A stretch of 63,799 bases of DNA, counting the filler, from Reclinomonas americana ATCC 50394 (Eukaryota): the NCBI GenBank assembly GCA_048213135.1. It is 6 parts of 5 records of this genome, joined end to end, with 100 filler letters (N's around TTAATTAATTAA, not from the genome) between each part and the next. Parts side by side here need not be neighbours in the genome. Positions count along the whole stretch, not along the records: positions 10,262 to 32,547 come from PS015320.1; positions 32,648 to 57,936 come from PS015321.1; 4 more parts are not named here. One strand, 5' to 3'. Under the pieces are notes generated by a model. It saw only the letters and a program-made list of their open reading frames with translations, was not told the DNA's origin and did no database searches. Shown piece by piece: positions 24,606-37,300 of the stretch (position 1 is its first letter; each line of letters begins with the position of its first letter). Both the position numbers and the translations under genes were made by a program.

Positions 24606-27213
24606 ACATGCTGTAAGTGCAGAATGTGCCGGACAGTCAGCAGACAGACAGACAGAGAGAGTGAGAGAAAGAGAAAGAAAGAGAGAGAGATAGAGAGAGG
24701 CTGATAGGCAAGAGAAGACGTAAGATGCAGATTGCGCTTGAGTAAGAGGGCGCAGCCATGCAGACAGACAGACAGAGAGAGATAGAAGAGATGAAGAGAG
24801 AGAAAGGAGATATATGTGCTGGAGGAAGTGAGTAACAAGCAGAAAGTGAGAGACTGCAGCGGGGAGATGACACTCACTTCAAGGCCTTGCTTCTTCGCTT
24901 CTCTCTTTCTCTCTCCCTCTCTCATTCCCTTCCTCCTCCTCTTTCTCACTCCCCCTTCTCCTTTTCCAACTTCTTCTTCACCTCCTCCTCCTCCTCACTT
25001 CTCACCCCCCTTCTCCTCACTCCCCCTTCTCCTTTTCCCGCAGACCTCGTGGCACACCAAGTCCGCGCAGTGAGCGGCCGTGTACGCGGCACAGTTCCAC
25101 TGCAGCTGCAGTGCCCCGCCAATGTGGAGAACAGTGGCGAACCGCTGATCGCCGGCTGCGTGTTGCAGCAGCGCGGAGGCGGTTCGTGCGGCCAGCAGCA
25201 GTCGGTCACAGTGGCGCCGGGTGCGTGGCTCTCCATCGACTACTGTTGGGACGCGCAGAGCGGCACCTCGCAGCCGGCCGAGATGACGATTGTGCGACCG
25301 CTGCCGCCGAGTGACGTCGGTTGCGATGTGAGTGTGTCGAGCTGCGAGGCACCGCTGGTCACGCTGGGCGTGCGCGACCAGTCCACTGTGCGTCGGCGAT
25401 GCCAGTTGTCCGTGTCGGGGCCGTGCGCAGTGCGTGACGAGTTCCGCGCCGGCTCCTCGTTCATCTCGTGGCGTGCGTTCGACAATTACCTGTTCGACAC
25501 GACGGACCTGTGTGCCAGCACGACGCCAGTCGGCACCAAGCAGAGCATCATGGATCAGAAGAATGGTGAGTGCGGCTGACAGGATCGATTAGTTGTTGAT
25601 CATGGAGAGCTCAATGGAGTGCTCACCACCACAGAGCTCGCCGCCGCTGTTTTGTATCGCTGGCGAAAGCCATCGGACTCGCGATACAACCGTCTGGCGG
25701 TGCGCTACGACCAGAACTCTGCACAGGCCAAGATGGATGTGTTGGACTATGCCGTGCCGTTCTACGAAAATGTGGGCGCCGCGCGTGTGTACGGACCCGT
25801 GCTCAACATGGCGCTCCAGTGCGTGCGCTCGGGATCTGGGTCGGCGCGCATCTTTATCGGTCAGACGCGCAGTGACCGGTGAGCGGGCGTGAGTCGTGTG
25901 GTGTTTCTGGATCACTTGTTGCTGACTTTTGACCACAGATCCAATCCCTCAGTGGATGCCTCTGCGGGACCGTACACGACCGTCACCACCATCCAGCAAG
26001 CACTGTCGTGGTCGGTGGAGACGCGCACCACTGGATCGGATTCGTTCACCATTGTGGATCAGTTGGTGAGGGAGATGGTGTGAAAGGATGGCAAAGACGA
26101 GTGAGTGACAGTGAGAGAATGTGTGTGCAGGGACCATCGGCATCGACTCCCACCCGCGTCAGTGCCGTCTTTTCCAGCATGGAGGCCATTCCCGGCACTC
26201 TGTTTACGCAGTGTCCAGCACAGCTGTTGGGCAAGGCGGAGATTGACTGCACGAACTACACGTATCGCACGCTGCGATTCCAGTTGTCGGATATCGGTTC
26301 GATTTGTCGCCCATGCTACGGCACCTACTTTTCGCCCAGTGCTGACGCTGCTGCTTGCAACAGGCACACAAAACTACACCACGGTCTTCGCGCCAGTAAA
26401 GCCGCTGACCGCTGCCGGCCTGTTGTGTGGAGCCGTGCTCTTTTGCCTCTTGCTTGGCTCCGGACTCAAGACGTGTTTTGTGCGAAATGTGTGGTTGCAC
26501 GGAGAGGTACGTGTGAGGGAANNNNNNNNNNNNNNNNNNNNNNNNNNNNNNNNNNNNNNNNNNNNNNNGCAGAGATGAAATCACGCGCGCCCTCCTCGAC
26601 TGACCTGTTGGTTCGTCACGCAGGATGGCATTCCAGTGCAGCCATTCCACGTCCAAGGCACAGCCTACCACGACTTGCAAGAGCCCATCAAACCACCGTT
26701 GCGTGTGTTTGCACTCGACTCTCACAATCCTGCATACATAAGCAAACAAACATCGCCCTCGCTGCGCAGGTATCCAACCACTTCTCGATTCCGATTCTGG
26801 TGGCGACTGTTGGTCGAGGGACCGTGTCGACGATTGGCGCTCTGTTGCCGTGCATGCTGTCGACGGTTGCGGCGCTCAAAGGTATGCGCATCGCCTCTTC
26901 ACAATTGAATGGAAGAGGGAAGTGAGGAAATTGTCTGTCGCGTCTCTCTCACTCTGCTCCTTGCCAACTCCCTTTCCCTTCCCCTCACCCCTGTTTCCCC
27001 TTTCGCACTCACGATGTTCTCTTTTGTTGCAGTCACCACTCGTTATCAACTTTACACCTCCACAATCGCCAAAGCACGACGACCCCGCCAAATCGCCTCT
27101 GCGCGACGACAGCCCACCCTCCACCATTTGCATGTCATCGGGGTCATCGGCGTCGTCGCACAGCTCATCGAGTGGCGATGCGCACGGCCGCCGACCGCAC
27201 ACCATGTCGGGCA
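24167..27213 (+). CDS. Two-transmembrane protein with a large Cys-containing extracellular loop; unknown family; 3' end enters a gap
   Basis: TM1 LCFALAVLLMVVFVALFIGLACVG and TM2 LTAAGLLCGAVLFCLLLGSGL, then a Cys/Arg-rich tail. Exons splice in frame. Confidence 0.75.
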
Positions 27214-27234
27214 ANNNNNNNNNNNNNNNNNNNN

Positions 27235-28108
27235 TTCCAGTGCAGTACGTCGACGACGGCGACTTGTGGCCCTGCGGCCGGTGATCCTCGTCCTCAATCT
27301 CGGTCTGCGCTCGGGAACCGCCAAGCTGCCAGTGCACTACGGCGACGATCCGCACGAGGTGGCGCAGCAGTTTGTGCAAGAGCGCGGTCTCGACGAGCAC
27401 CTCGTGCCGCGCATCCGTGACCAGATTGAGGAGAACTTGCCGCGTGGCGAGGAACTGGACCAGCTGCTGCGCGAGTACGACGTACCGCAGTCGCCGCCGC
27501 CGCCTCCCGCCCTTGTCAGCTCGTCACCGCAACCGCGTCGGCAGGCGACGCCGCGATCACCGCTGTCACCGTTGTTCACTGCGGCGGCTCTGGGCGCCGC
27601 TCGTGCACACTCTGCGCAGACCACACCGCGCCGACGCGGCAGTCGGCCAGCCACCAATCCACTCGTCTCACCGCGGTCGGACATGGCCACCGAGTCGTTC
27701 CTCACGCTGACACCGACACAACACGATCGAGCCTCACAGAGCGACGCCACATCACTCGTGGCGACGCCCATGTCGGGCATTGGCCGCGGCCCCGCTCATC
27801 ACCACGAATTCGACGACTCGGTCGACGACGGCACGCCGCGCAATCTGTCGTCGTCGTTTGATGCCTCCCTGTCGCCGCGATCACCACCACCACCAATTGC
27901 TCGCCCTGTGGTGCTGCTGGCGCACTTTGCGCTGGGTGCGGGGAGGACGGAGACCGTGGCGGTGCGCGACGGCGACAATCCCGAACAGCTGGCGCATGAC
28001 TTTGTGCGGCAGCACAACCTCGGTCCGCATGTGGTGCAGCGTGTGCTGCAAACACTGCGCGACAATCTCGCTCACGGCGCTCAACAACAACAACAGCCAC
28101 CACCATGA
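27235..28108 (+). CDS. C-terminal exon with two PFU-like (PLAA/Doa1 ubiquitin-binding-like) repeats; may continue the upstream gene
   Basis: KLPVHYGDDPHEVAQQFVQERGL...IRDQIEENL and VAVRDGDNPEQLAHDFVRQHNL...LRDNL resemble the PFU pattern LKLPYN..DDP..A..FL...L. Ends in TGA. Confidence 0.65.
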
Positions 28109-28267
28109 GACAGACGGGAAAAACGGGAGGCAAGATGTAATCATAATGATAAAAAAAGCAAGAGAAATGTTTGTAAACACACCAAAAACGAAAAGAGAAA
28201 CATGAAACGAGAAACGACGCGCGCGCGCACACCCAAACAACTAACGCAGAGGTAATTCTTTTTTGCC

Positions 28268-28874
28268 TTACAAGCCGTCAAGTGGTGATCTTGGCTGCGG
28301 AGGCGATGCGCTCGAGGCGGTGGATCCGTACGAGGGTGGTGCCGCGATACCAATTCGATTGAGGTACGACTTTCGCACGGCCATGGCACTGCGAGTCGGT
28401 AGCAGTGTGGCGGCCTTGGGTGGAGCCACGGGCACGAATTCCATCATGGCGCCGGGTCCCACCAGCGAGATCGAGTGCAGCTCCTGTAAAAGGGGAAAGG
28501 GTGAGGAAGGGGAAGGGGAAGGGGGAGATGGGGAAGGAGAGAGGGGGGAAGGAGAAGGGGAAAGGTGAAGGGAGATAGACAAAGGGGGAAAGGAATGGAG
28601 AAACGTGAAGGGGGAGGAGAAGGGGGAAGGAGAAGGGGCCGGAGAAGGGGAAGGAGAAGGGGGATGAAGGAGAAGGGGAAAGGTGAAAGGAGATAGGCGA
28701 AGTGGGAAGGGAAGGGAGAAAGGCGAAGGGAAAGGAGGAGGGGGGAACGAGAAGGGGGAAGGAGAAAGAGGAAGAAAGAGTTGCGCGTATGGGTGAGCGA
28801 GTGAGTGAGGTGCAGTCAGCGAGTGAATGAGTAAGTGACTGTAAGAGTGAGTGTGAGTGAGTGTGTGTGTGTGT

Positions 28875-28950
<76 letters not shown>

Positions 28951-31900
28951 GTACCNNNNNNNNNNNNNNNNNNNNTCGACAACATAAGAGAGGAAGGGAC
29001 ACAAATACACACACATACAGAGCGTGTAGCACACAAAGTTTGGCAAGCGATCAACGAAACATGTCACGCGGAATGTCCTTGATGCTGGTGCCTTGCACTG
29101 GTGCCGACGGAATGGCGAAGACCAGACCGACGAGGAATTGGAAAATGGCCTGTGTGGAGGCGGAGGGAACGAACGGTGAGTATGACTGGAACAGGAGCTG
29201 AAGGATAAGGGTTGTCGGAAGACGCTGAGATAAGAGACAAAGACGCAGAAGAGGGACAGAAGCGCACTGCCAGCCCAGAGTAGGAAAACAGACATAGAAG
29301 AGGAGACAGGCAAGTTGAATCGATCGCATCCAACCCCGATCAACTCACCACCCAGAGATTGAGGTAGAACACGTCAATGTCCGCTCCCTTGAAGGCCTTC
29401 TCCTTGTAGACGGACGACAGCGCAGTCGGCACGTTGCTGAGGAAGAAGACCATGGCCCACAGTGGGCTGTTGCCACTGCCGCCTTGCAGGAGCGACGGGA
29501 TGAGCACCGTGATAATGCCGCCCATGATGATGGAGGAGCCGATGATTTGCAGCAGCTTGTATCTGGCGAGCGTGACGCGATGAGAAAACAATCACTCCAG
29601 AACACGGAACGTGTGCACGAACCGGGCCTTCAGGAAGATGAACGAGGCCAACATGGTCACGGGAATGGCGCCTTGTGAGAGCAGCACCGACATGGGGCCG
29701 TTGATGCCAGTGACACCGAACACGGTGAGAATCTGGGCGTCGATGTGCGGGAGAAGGATGAGAGGGGTAGGCGATAAGAAGGAGTGAAGAAAACATGCGG
29801 TTACGTACACCAGCGACGGCGTCGAGCGTGCCCATGACGAAGAAGCGGAACTTGGGGAACGATTCCATCTCCTTGGTGATGCTGCGGGAGAAGGAGGGGA
29901 GAGAGAAAAGAAAGTGAGAGATTTGAAACAGATCAAAGAGAAGGCATTCGCAGAAGGCGGGGCGAAGCAGGACAGAGTTGGAGAGGGAGAGAAGCAGACA
30001 GTGCGAGATGTGGGAGAAACAGATCAAAGAAAGGAGGCACAGAACGGACACAAAGAGAAGGAGCGCACTCAACGACGCTCACTCTGGCGAGAGGAAAGCG
30101 GAGATCCGACGAGAGGAAAGTGGAGAGGGAGTGTGTGTGAGAGAGAGAGAGAGAACCAGAAAAAGATAAGCAAATGAGAAACAGATCAAAGAGAAGGCAT
30201 TCGCAGAAGGCGGGGCGAAGCACACGACTTACTCCAAAAAGGAGGACGGAGGTAGAGAGTGAGAGAACCAGACAGTGGGAGATGTGCAAGAAACACATCA
30301 TAGAAAGGAGGCATAGAACGGACACAAAGAAAAGGAGTGCGCTCAACGACGCTCACTCCGACGAGAGGAAAATGGAGAGAGACAGCAAGAGATAAGAAAA
30401 ACCAGAGACTTGAGAAACAGGCAAAAGAAAATAGGAATTTACAGAGGGGCACATCATGGAGAAGCACAAAGATAAAGTAGGAAAACAGCGGAAGAGGGAG
30501 AGAAAGAGAAACCAGTCATGGAAACAGGCGCAGGAATATCACACGGTCGAACGAAGCACACTCGACCATGCTCACAAAAAGACACACAACTGTGCCCACA
30601 AGCAAGTGCTCTGTCGAGACGCAACAGATTGGTCTTCCACTTGAGGATGATGCAAATGATCCAGAACACGGGAATGTAGACGACCGTGGTCAGCTGACTC
30701 AAAAAGTACGGGTAGTTGCGCTGCGTGTGGCATGTGCCAGGTGAGCGAACAACATCGTTCAACTTCAAACTATACACCACAAACGCACCATGGGAATCGT
30801 CATCTTCTTCAGCGTGATCTTGTTGCCGAGACCGAAGATGATGAGGAACACCAGGAAGATGAGAAGGCGCCAGTCGACGGTCTTCAGTCGCTCCCTCCAC
30901 TCCTTCGGGTGCGTGATTACGTACAGGAATGATTTCTGCACACGACAGAGTGTGAGCATGAAGGGCATGAGCACGCACGACAATTCTCCTTCACAAATCG
31001 CACCTTCGGTAGTGGCTCATCCAACGGCGCCTCCAAATCCTCTTGCGTGGCATTAATAAGCGAGTCATCGGTGGCCGGTCGTGGGCTCTTCTTGCCGTCA
31101 CGCGGGTCGTGAATCACCACCCGTCGTGGCGCGCCCACACGCGAGGTGCCTGGTGAGGTGCCGAGCGCCGGTCCCATCACTGAGCTCGAATCCAGCGGCG
31201 ACTCCACACCCTCGTAGGCGTCTGAGCCGGAGCGCATCAGCGGCTTGCGATCGTCGTCCTCGCCCTCGCGGTTTCCACCAAACACGGCTTGCTCGCGCGG
31301 CGGCACCACCTTTGGTGCGGACGGTGCGCTCTTGCTCGCGGCGCCACCAGAACGCTTGGGAGCGGCGGCGGCAGGGGCGGGGGCGGCANNNNNNNNNNNN
31401 NNNNNNNNNNNNNNNNNNNNNNNNNNNNNNNNNNNNNNNNNNNNNNNNNNNNNNNNNNNNNNNNNNNNNNNNNNNNNNNNNNNNNNNNNNNNNNNNNNNN
31501 NNNNNNNNCCCCTCCCTTCTCCTCACCTACCTTCCCCTCCCGCAGCCCCATCGCCCGCAACCTGCTCGAGGAAGCCGCGAACCGCGCAGAGCACACACAG
31601 ACAACTATGGACTCCATGTCTCGCTACTTTGGAAACATGCTGGACGGAGTGCGTCGCTCGCCGCTCCTCCACTTTACACCCGCGCGCACTCTTTCTCCTC
31701 ACCCTCGTTATCTGACAGCAGTCCCCTCTCGCCCCCACCGGACCTCTGTCCGCATCGCCTCCTGCTGCNNNNNNNNNNNNNNNNNNNNNNNNNNNNNNNN
31801 NNNNNNNNNNNNNNNNNNNNNNNNNNNNNNNNNNNNNNNNNNNAAGGGGAAGGGGAAGGGAGAGAAGGGGGACGAGAGGGAGAGGGACAGGGAGAGGGAG

Positions 31901-32399
31901 GAGGGAGGGAAAAGGGAGGGAGAAGGGAGAGAGAAGGGAGGGAGGAGAGGGAGGAGAGGGAGGAGAGGGAGGACACGGAGGAGACGGAGGAGAGGGAGGA
32001 GAGAGGGAGAGAGAAGGGAGGGAGGAGAAGGGAGAGAGAAGGGAGGGAGTGGAGAAGAAAAGGAGGGGAGAAGAAGAATAAGGGAAAACAAAGTAAGCAG
32101 AAAAGGGAGAGAGGATGAAGGCAGATGGCAGAAGAAACCAAGGACTGGAAACGAGCACCCTGAGAAACACAGAGTCTACGCAACGTGAATTCGTGCAGCT
32201 CAATTGTTCCGCTGCGATCCGCATCGGCAGACTGGAAGGCTGCACTCGCAAAGCAGACAGTCAGTTATGGAGAGAGAGAGAGAGAGAGAGAGTGAAAAGT
32301 ACACTGAACTCTGCTGTGATCATCTCGTGTATGCGTGTCTACGCATTCTCATTCAGTGCAGCGACTCAGTCACCAGAGCTCCTCTATCTGAGTGTTTGA
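28268..32399 (-). CDS. CRT-family (chloroquine resistance transporter-like, DMT superfamily) transporter with an N-terminal EF-hand; 5' end and some C-terminal TM exons missing in gaps
   Basis: Motifs GNKITLKKMTIPMRNYPYFLSQLTTVVYIPVF, FPKFRFFVMGTLDAVAG, LLSQGAIPVTMLASFIFLKARY and SNVPTALSSVYKEKAFK...DVFYLNLWVAIFQ. Upstream exons 32374-32399 and 32185-32244 encode QIEELCAAFQSADADRSGTIELHEF. Confidence 0.88.
31509..31768 (+). other. Gap-flanked contig placed in inverted orientation; carries exon sequence of the minus-strand CRT-like gene
   Basis: Exon 31546-31648 continues the EF-hand exit helix in phase (HEFT-PIARNLLEEAANR). The contig's end CCTGCTGC overlaps the TGCCGCC that starts the next minus-strand piece. 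Confidence 0.85.
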
Positions 32400-32482
32400 C
32401 TGGTGGGAAAAGAAAGATAATCCGCATCTCAGTCTCTAGTGATCAACTGATCTCTGTCAATGTCTGTCTTTCTGCCGGCCTG

Positions 32483-32538
<56 letters not shown>

Positions 32539-32697
32539 TGTGTTGTTNNNNNNNNNNNNNNNNNNNNNNNNNNNNNNNNNNNNNNNNNNNNTTAATTAAT
32601 TAANNNNNNNNNNNNNNNNNNNNNNNNNNNNNNNNNNNNNNNNNNNNCCTTCGGTCGACGTACTCTACGTCTCTCTACCCTCCTACTCCTCCTCCTC

Positions 32698-32736
<39 letters not shown>

Positions 32737-33668
32737 TCCCTCTCTCACACACACACTCTTTCACACTCGGAATTGAGAATGCCTCTTTGCGTGTCTGACA
32801 TCGGAATCAAGCGCGCTCTCTCTCTCACACACACACTCACTTTCACTCACTGCATCAGTGTGATGAGAGAGAAAGTAAGAGTGCTTTTCAGAGAAGGATG
32901 CGCCCAAATGCAAAGTCAAGCAAGAGTGAGAGCCAGTGAGTGTGTTCGCGCGCTCACATACACACACGCGTGCCCCGCGCAAATGCATGCTGTATGTGCG
33001 CGTGCACGTGTGTCTGAGAGAAAGAGAGAAAGAAAGTGCACAAAAACTCCACCTGTGTGTCTTCTCGCGACATTTGAGGGAAAAGTGGAGAGAAGAACAC
33101 GCGTTTTTGTGCCATCTCTCACCACACTCACGCGGAGAAAATGTCTCACGCAAACACACGCACTCTTCTCTCTCTCTTCGCGCACGCGCACAGACAAAGA
33201 GAGATGGAGAGAGAGAGGTGCAGTGCGGTGAACGGCGCGTGTGTGTGCGTGTCGAGTGCGCTCACCTTTGTGTCAGAGAGAGTGAGTGATTGGCTTCCCG
33301 CGCGAATGTGTGGGGTTGCCCTCTACGGTACGGAAACGCAGCCTACATAACCGAAATTGGAGCGGCGTAAAGGCGTGATGCGCTTGTGAGTCGCCTCGTT
33401 GCGCGATCAGCCTCAAACCTAAGTGCATGGAGGGGACCGAGAAGCCAGGAAGGCGAAGGAGAATATCTGGCAAAATTAAAATTTGCAGCTGCAAGCAAAG
33501 GAATGCTCGGCAGCTCCCCACACCTGAAGAATGAGAGAACGGCGCATCTGACTTGGTCCAGAACGAGGAGAAGGCAGCAGAAATAGCAGCAAAAGTGCGC
33601 GGTGCGCGCAGCGTATCAATCGATCGCGAATTTGACTGTGAAAGCAAAAGAACGGAATTACAGACCTA

Positions 33669-34230
33669 GCGCTTCAGGGCCTGCAGCAGCCAGCAGATAA
33701 TTTGAGGAGGCCCGTCATGCAGCAGCACGAGCTTGTTTGCTCAACTCCTAAAAGTTCTTCCGCAATTTTGAATTCGATTTCGAACTCAATTGTAACTGCA
33801 TAAAGCCTCGAGAAGCAGCAGCGCACGTGCGCATACCTCATACTGCAAAGATTTCTATACGTACGCTTGCCGAAAAAAGAAACAGGCCCACACAGAAAGC
33901 GGAAAATACAAACAATTGCCGAAAAATGCCATTGTCTCTTCTTTTCTTCACCGGCATGCGCTTACAAGAGGCCTCGCGCTTCAGGGCCAGCAGCCAGCAC
34001 ATCCTATGATCACGCATTCGCAGCAGCGCGGTCGCAAGCTTGGCTCCGGATATCGATCATGATCATGAATTCGATTTCGAACTCAATCGTAACTGCAAAA
34101 ACCCTCGAGAAGCATCGCACATGCGCATACCTCTGCAGCAAAGATTTGCTTTCGTACGCTCACCAAAAAAAGAAACAGGCCCACACAGAAAGCGGAAAAT
34201 ACAATCAATTGCCAAAAATAACATTGCATT
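33669..34230 (+). repeat. Tandem ~300-bp duplication immediately upstream of the LRR gene
   Basis: GCGCTTCAGGGCC...GAATTCGATTTCGAACTCAAT...AAAGAAACAGGCCCACACAGAAAGCGGAAAATACAA occurs at ~33669-33935 and ~33976-34230. Confidence 0.9.
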
Positions 34231-34310
34231 GCTTTTCACGCACACACACGCGGAGAGTGCTGCCTCTCTCTCTCTCTCTGCTGTGTACCAACAACAACAA
34301 CAACCAGCAA

Positions 34311-37300
34311 ATGTTCAGTGATCTCTTTGACGATCTGGACGCGGAGGCGAACGTGGCGGCGAATGCGGTGGGGTGCATGGCGGAGAAGCTGCATCCGGTG
34401 TGCTTGTATCCGCTCTTCCTCGCCACGTGTGGATTCGCCTGTGCGTGCTGCGGGCAGGTCGATGTCGTCGCTGCGCAGGTCTCCAGGCAGGTGCGTGTGT
34501 GTGTGGGAGGAGGGAGGAGAGAGGGAAGGGAGGGGGAGAGGAGGGAGTGAGTGAGAAGAGAGAGAGAGAGAGAGTGTGTGTGTGTGTGTGTGAGAGAGAG
34601 TGAGTGAGAGAAGCAGATGATCGTCTTGCTTCATTCTCTCACTTACACTCACTTGCTCTCCCTCTCTCTCGTGTGTGCAAGAGAGATCTTTTGATGCTTG
34701 AGTCTTCCTTCTCTCTCATGCACAAGCATGTGCACTCTCTCGGAAAGAAACTTTCGAGTTTTCCTTCTTGTTCTTCTTCTTCTTCTTGTTTGTTCTTGTT
34801 CTTCTTTTTGTTCTTGTTCATCGTCATCATCATCATCTTCTCCTCCTCCTCCTTCTCGTTCTTGTTCTTCATCTTCTTCTTTATCTTCTTCTTCTTTTCT
34901 TCTTTTTCTTCTTCTTCTTCTTCTCTTCTCCTTCTCCTTCTTCTTGTTGTTTTCTTCTTCTTCGTCTACTTTATCTCCTCCTTCTCCTTCCTCTCCTTGT
35001 CCTCCTCCTCGTCCTCATCATCTTCTTCTTCTTCCTCTACTTCTGCTTTTCCTTCCTCTGCTTCTTCTTCTTCTTCTTGTTCGTCTCTCTCTCTCTCTCG
35101 CTCTCTCTCTCTCTCTCCCACTATTCTTCTCCCTCCTGGTGTTGTGCATCCTCGTCGCGTACAAGTTCACACGGTGATGCACTCTATCTTTTCATTGTTT
35201 CTTCTCCCTTCTCCTCGCTTCTCCTCACCAACTCCCCCCTCACAGCTGCAAGTCAAGGTCAAAGAGATGACCAACATCACAAACCGCGCGCTGCAGACAT
35301 TGCGCGATCGACGATCTCTGCGACCTCGCGCTGCTGCTTCCACGTCGCCTTCCGTGTCGCCGATGTCCTCCTCCTCTGCTGCTGCTGCTGCTGCCAGTGA
35401 GCGTCCTGCACTGTGCTTGCCGGATGGGCGGCCGCTGCGAGTGACATCGACGAGGTGGACGATGGAGGAGTTTTTGCCGCTGATGGAGGCGGTGGAGGAT
35501 GGACGCTTGCAGCCGTATGTGTTGCATTTGAAGGCGACTGGAGAGCATGTGGGGTGCGTGTGTGGGAAGTGGGAAAAGAGGGGAGAGAGAAGGAATGGGG
35601 GCTTTGATTTTTCTGGATACTAGCTGTGAGACACGCAGGTGGAGCACGCATTTGTAGTGACGAGAAGAAAATGTGCAGGGACGCGTGTGGCTTCTTGTGA
35701 TACACGCAGGTTGAGCATGATTCGAAGAAAAGAGAAGACCCACGTGCTGCGTTTGTGGTTTCTTGTGAGATGGCCATCTTGAGCATCACGTGTGAGAGAG
35801 CGGGGAAGATTATGCTTGTGCTGTGAGACGAACACGCGAATCACGACTCAGGCGAGAGAGAAAAGGGACTTGCTTGCAGCAATATGTGTTTCTCGAGAGA
35901 AACAAGGAAGTTGAGCACATCTTAGACATAAAGAGCAGAAGAGTCAGGCGTGTGTAAGGCAATAGGCGATATCCTGACTACCAATCTGGCCTGTGGCGTG
36001 TTAGAGATTAGGAGATAAGAATGGGGATCTGCACTTGGGCCAGAGGCGTGTGAGTTCAGCAGGCTGATATTGTATTTGAACAGAAAATGCAGAGAGCTGC
36101 AGTGCCATTCCCTGAATTCAGACAGCACTCTCACCACTCCTCATTCTTTTTGTTCTTCTTCTTCAATGACTTCAACTTCCTGCTGTCATTTCAAAGTCTC
36201 CTACCTCAACCACCCGATTCTCTTTCTCCTCCTCCTTCTCCTCCTCCTCCTCTNNNNNNNNNNNNNNNNNNNNNNNNNNNNNNNNNNNNNNNNNNNNNNN
36301 NNNNNNNNNNNNNNNNNNNNNNNNNNNNNNNNNNNNNNNNNNNNNNNNNNNNNNNNNNNNNNNNNNNNNNNNNNNNNNNNNNNNNNNNNNNNNNNNNNNN
36401 NNNNNNNNNNNNNNNNNNNNNNNNNNNNNNNNNNNNNNNNNNNNNNNNNNNNNNNNNNNNNNNNNNNNNNNNNNNNNNNNNNNNNNNNNNNNNNNNNNNN
36501 NNNNNNNNNNNNNNNNNNNNNNNNNNNNNNNNNNNNNNNNNNNNNNNNNNNNNNNNNNNNNNNNNNNNNNNNNNNNNNNNNNNNNNNNNNNNNNNNNNNN
36601 NNNNNNNNNNNNNNNNNNNNNNNNNNNNNNNNNNNNNNNNNNNNNNNNNNNNNNNNNNNNNNNNNNNNNNNNNNNNNNNNNNNNNNNNNNNNNNNNNNNN
36701 NNNNNNNNNNNNNCTTCCTCCTCTTCCTCCTCTTCTTCTTCTTCTTCTTCGTCAAGTTGTCCTTCTTCAGTTCCCCTCTCTTCCTCCTACCCACCTCTCT
36801 CTGCCCCATTTCTCCTTCCCCTCCTCCCTTCCCCCTTTTCCTCACTTTCCCCCCGTCCCCCTCGCTTCCCCCTGTCTCACCTTTCCCCTTCCCCCTTTTC
36901 CTCTCATCTCACTTCCCCTTTCCCCCACTCGCGCGCAGCCCGGTGTGGAACGGCAACATGACCGTGGCCGCCAACTCGATGAACTCACGCTCCCAATTCA
37001 TTGTGGCCGCCGATGTGTTCTCTCGCTACACCGAACTGCGGAGTCTGGCCGTCACTCGTTGCGTGCTCTCTCCGTGTGTCGCTCTCATTGCTCTCGTCAT
37101 CTCATTCCTGCGCAGACATGTTGAACCGGAGGAGCGATTGGGAGCATTTGCTGACGATTGTGCGCAACAATCGAGGCATTTCGCGTCTGGCGCTGCGTGG
37201 TGCGTTGCGTGTGAGACAGTTGATTCTCCCGTCGCACCCTCACATGTCTTCTTGTGTCCTCTAGGCGGCTACATCTTTGTGGAGCAGTGGAACGAACTCG

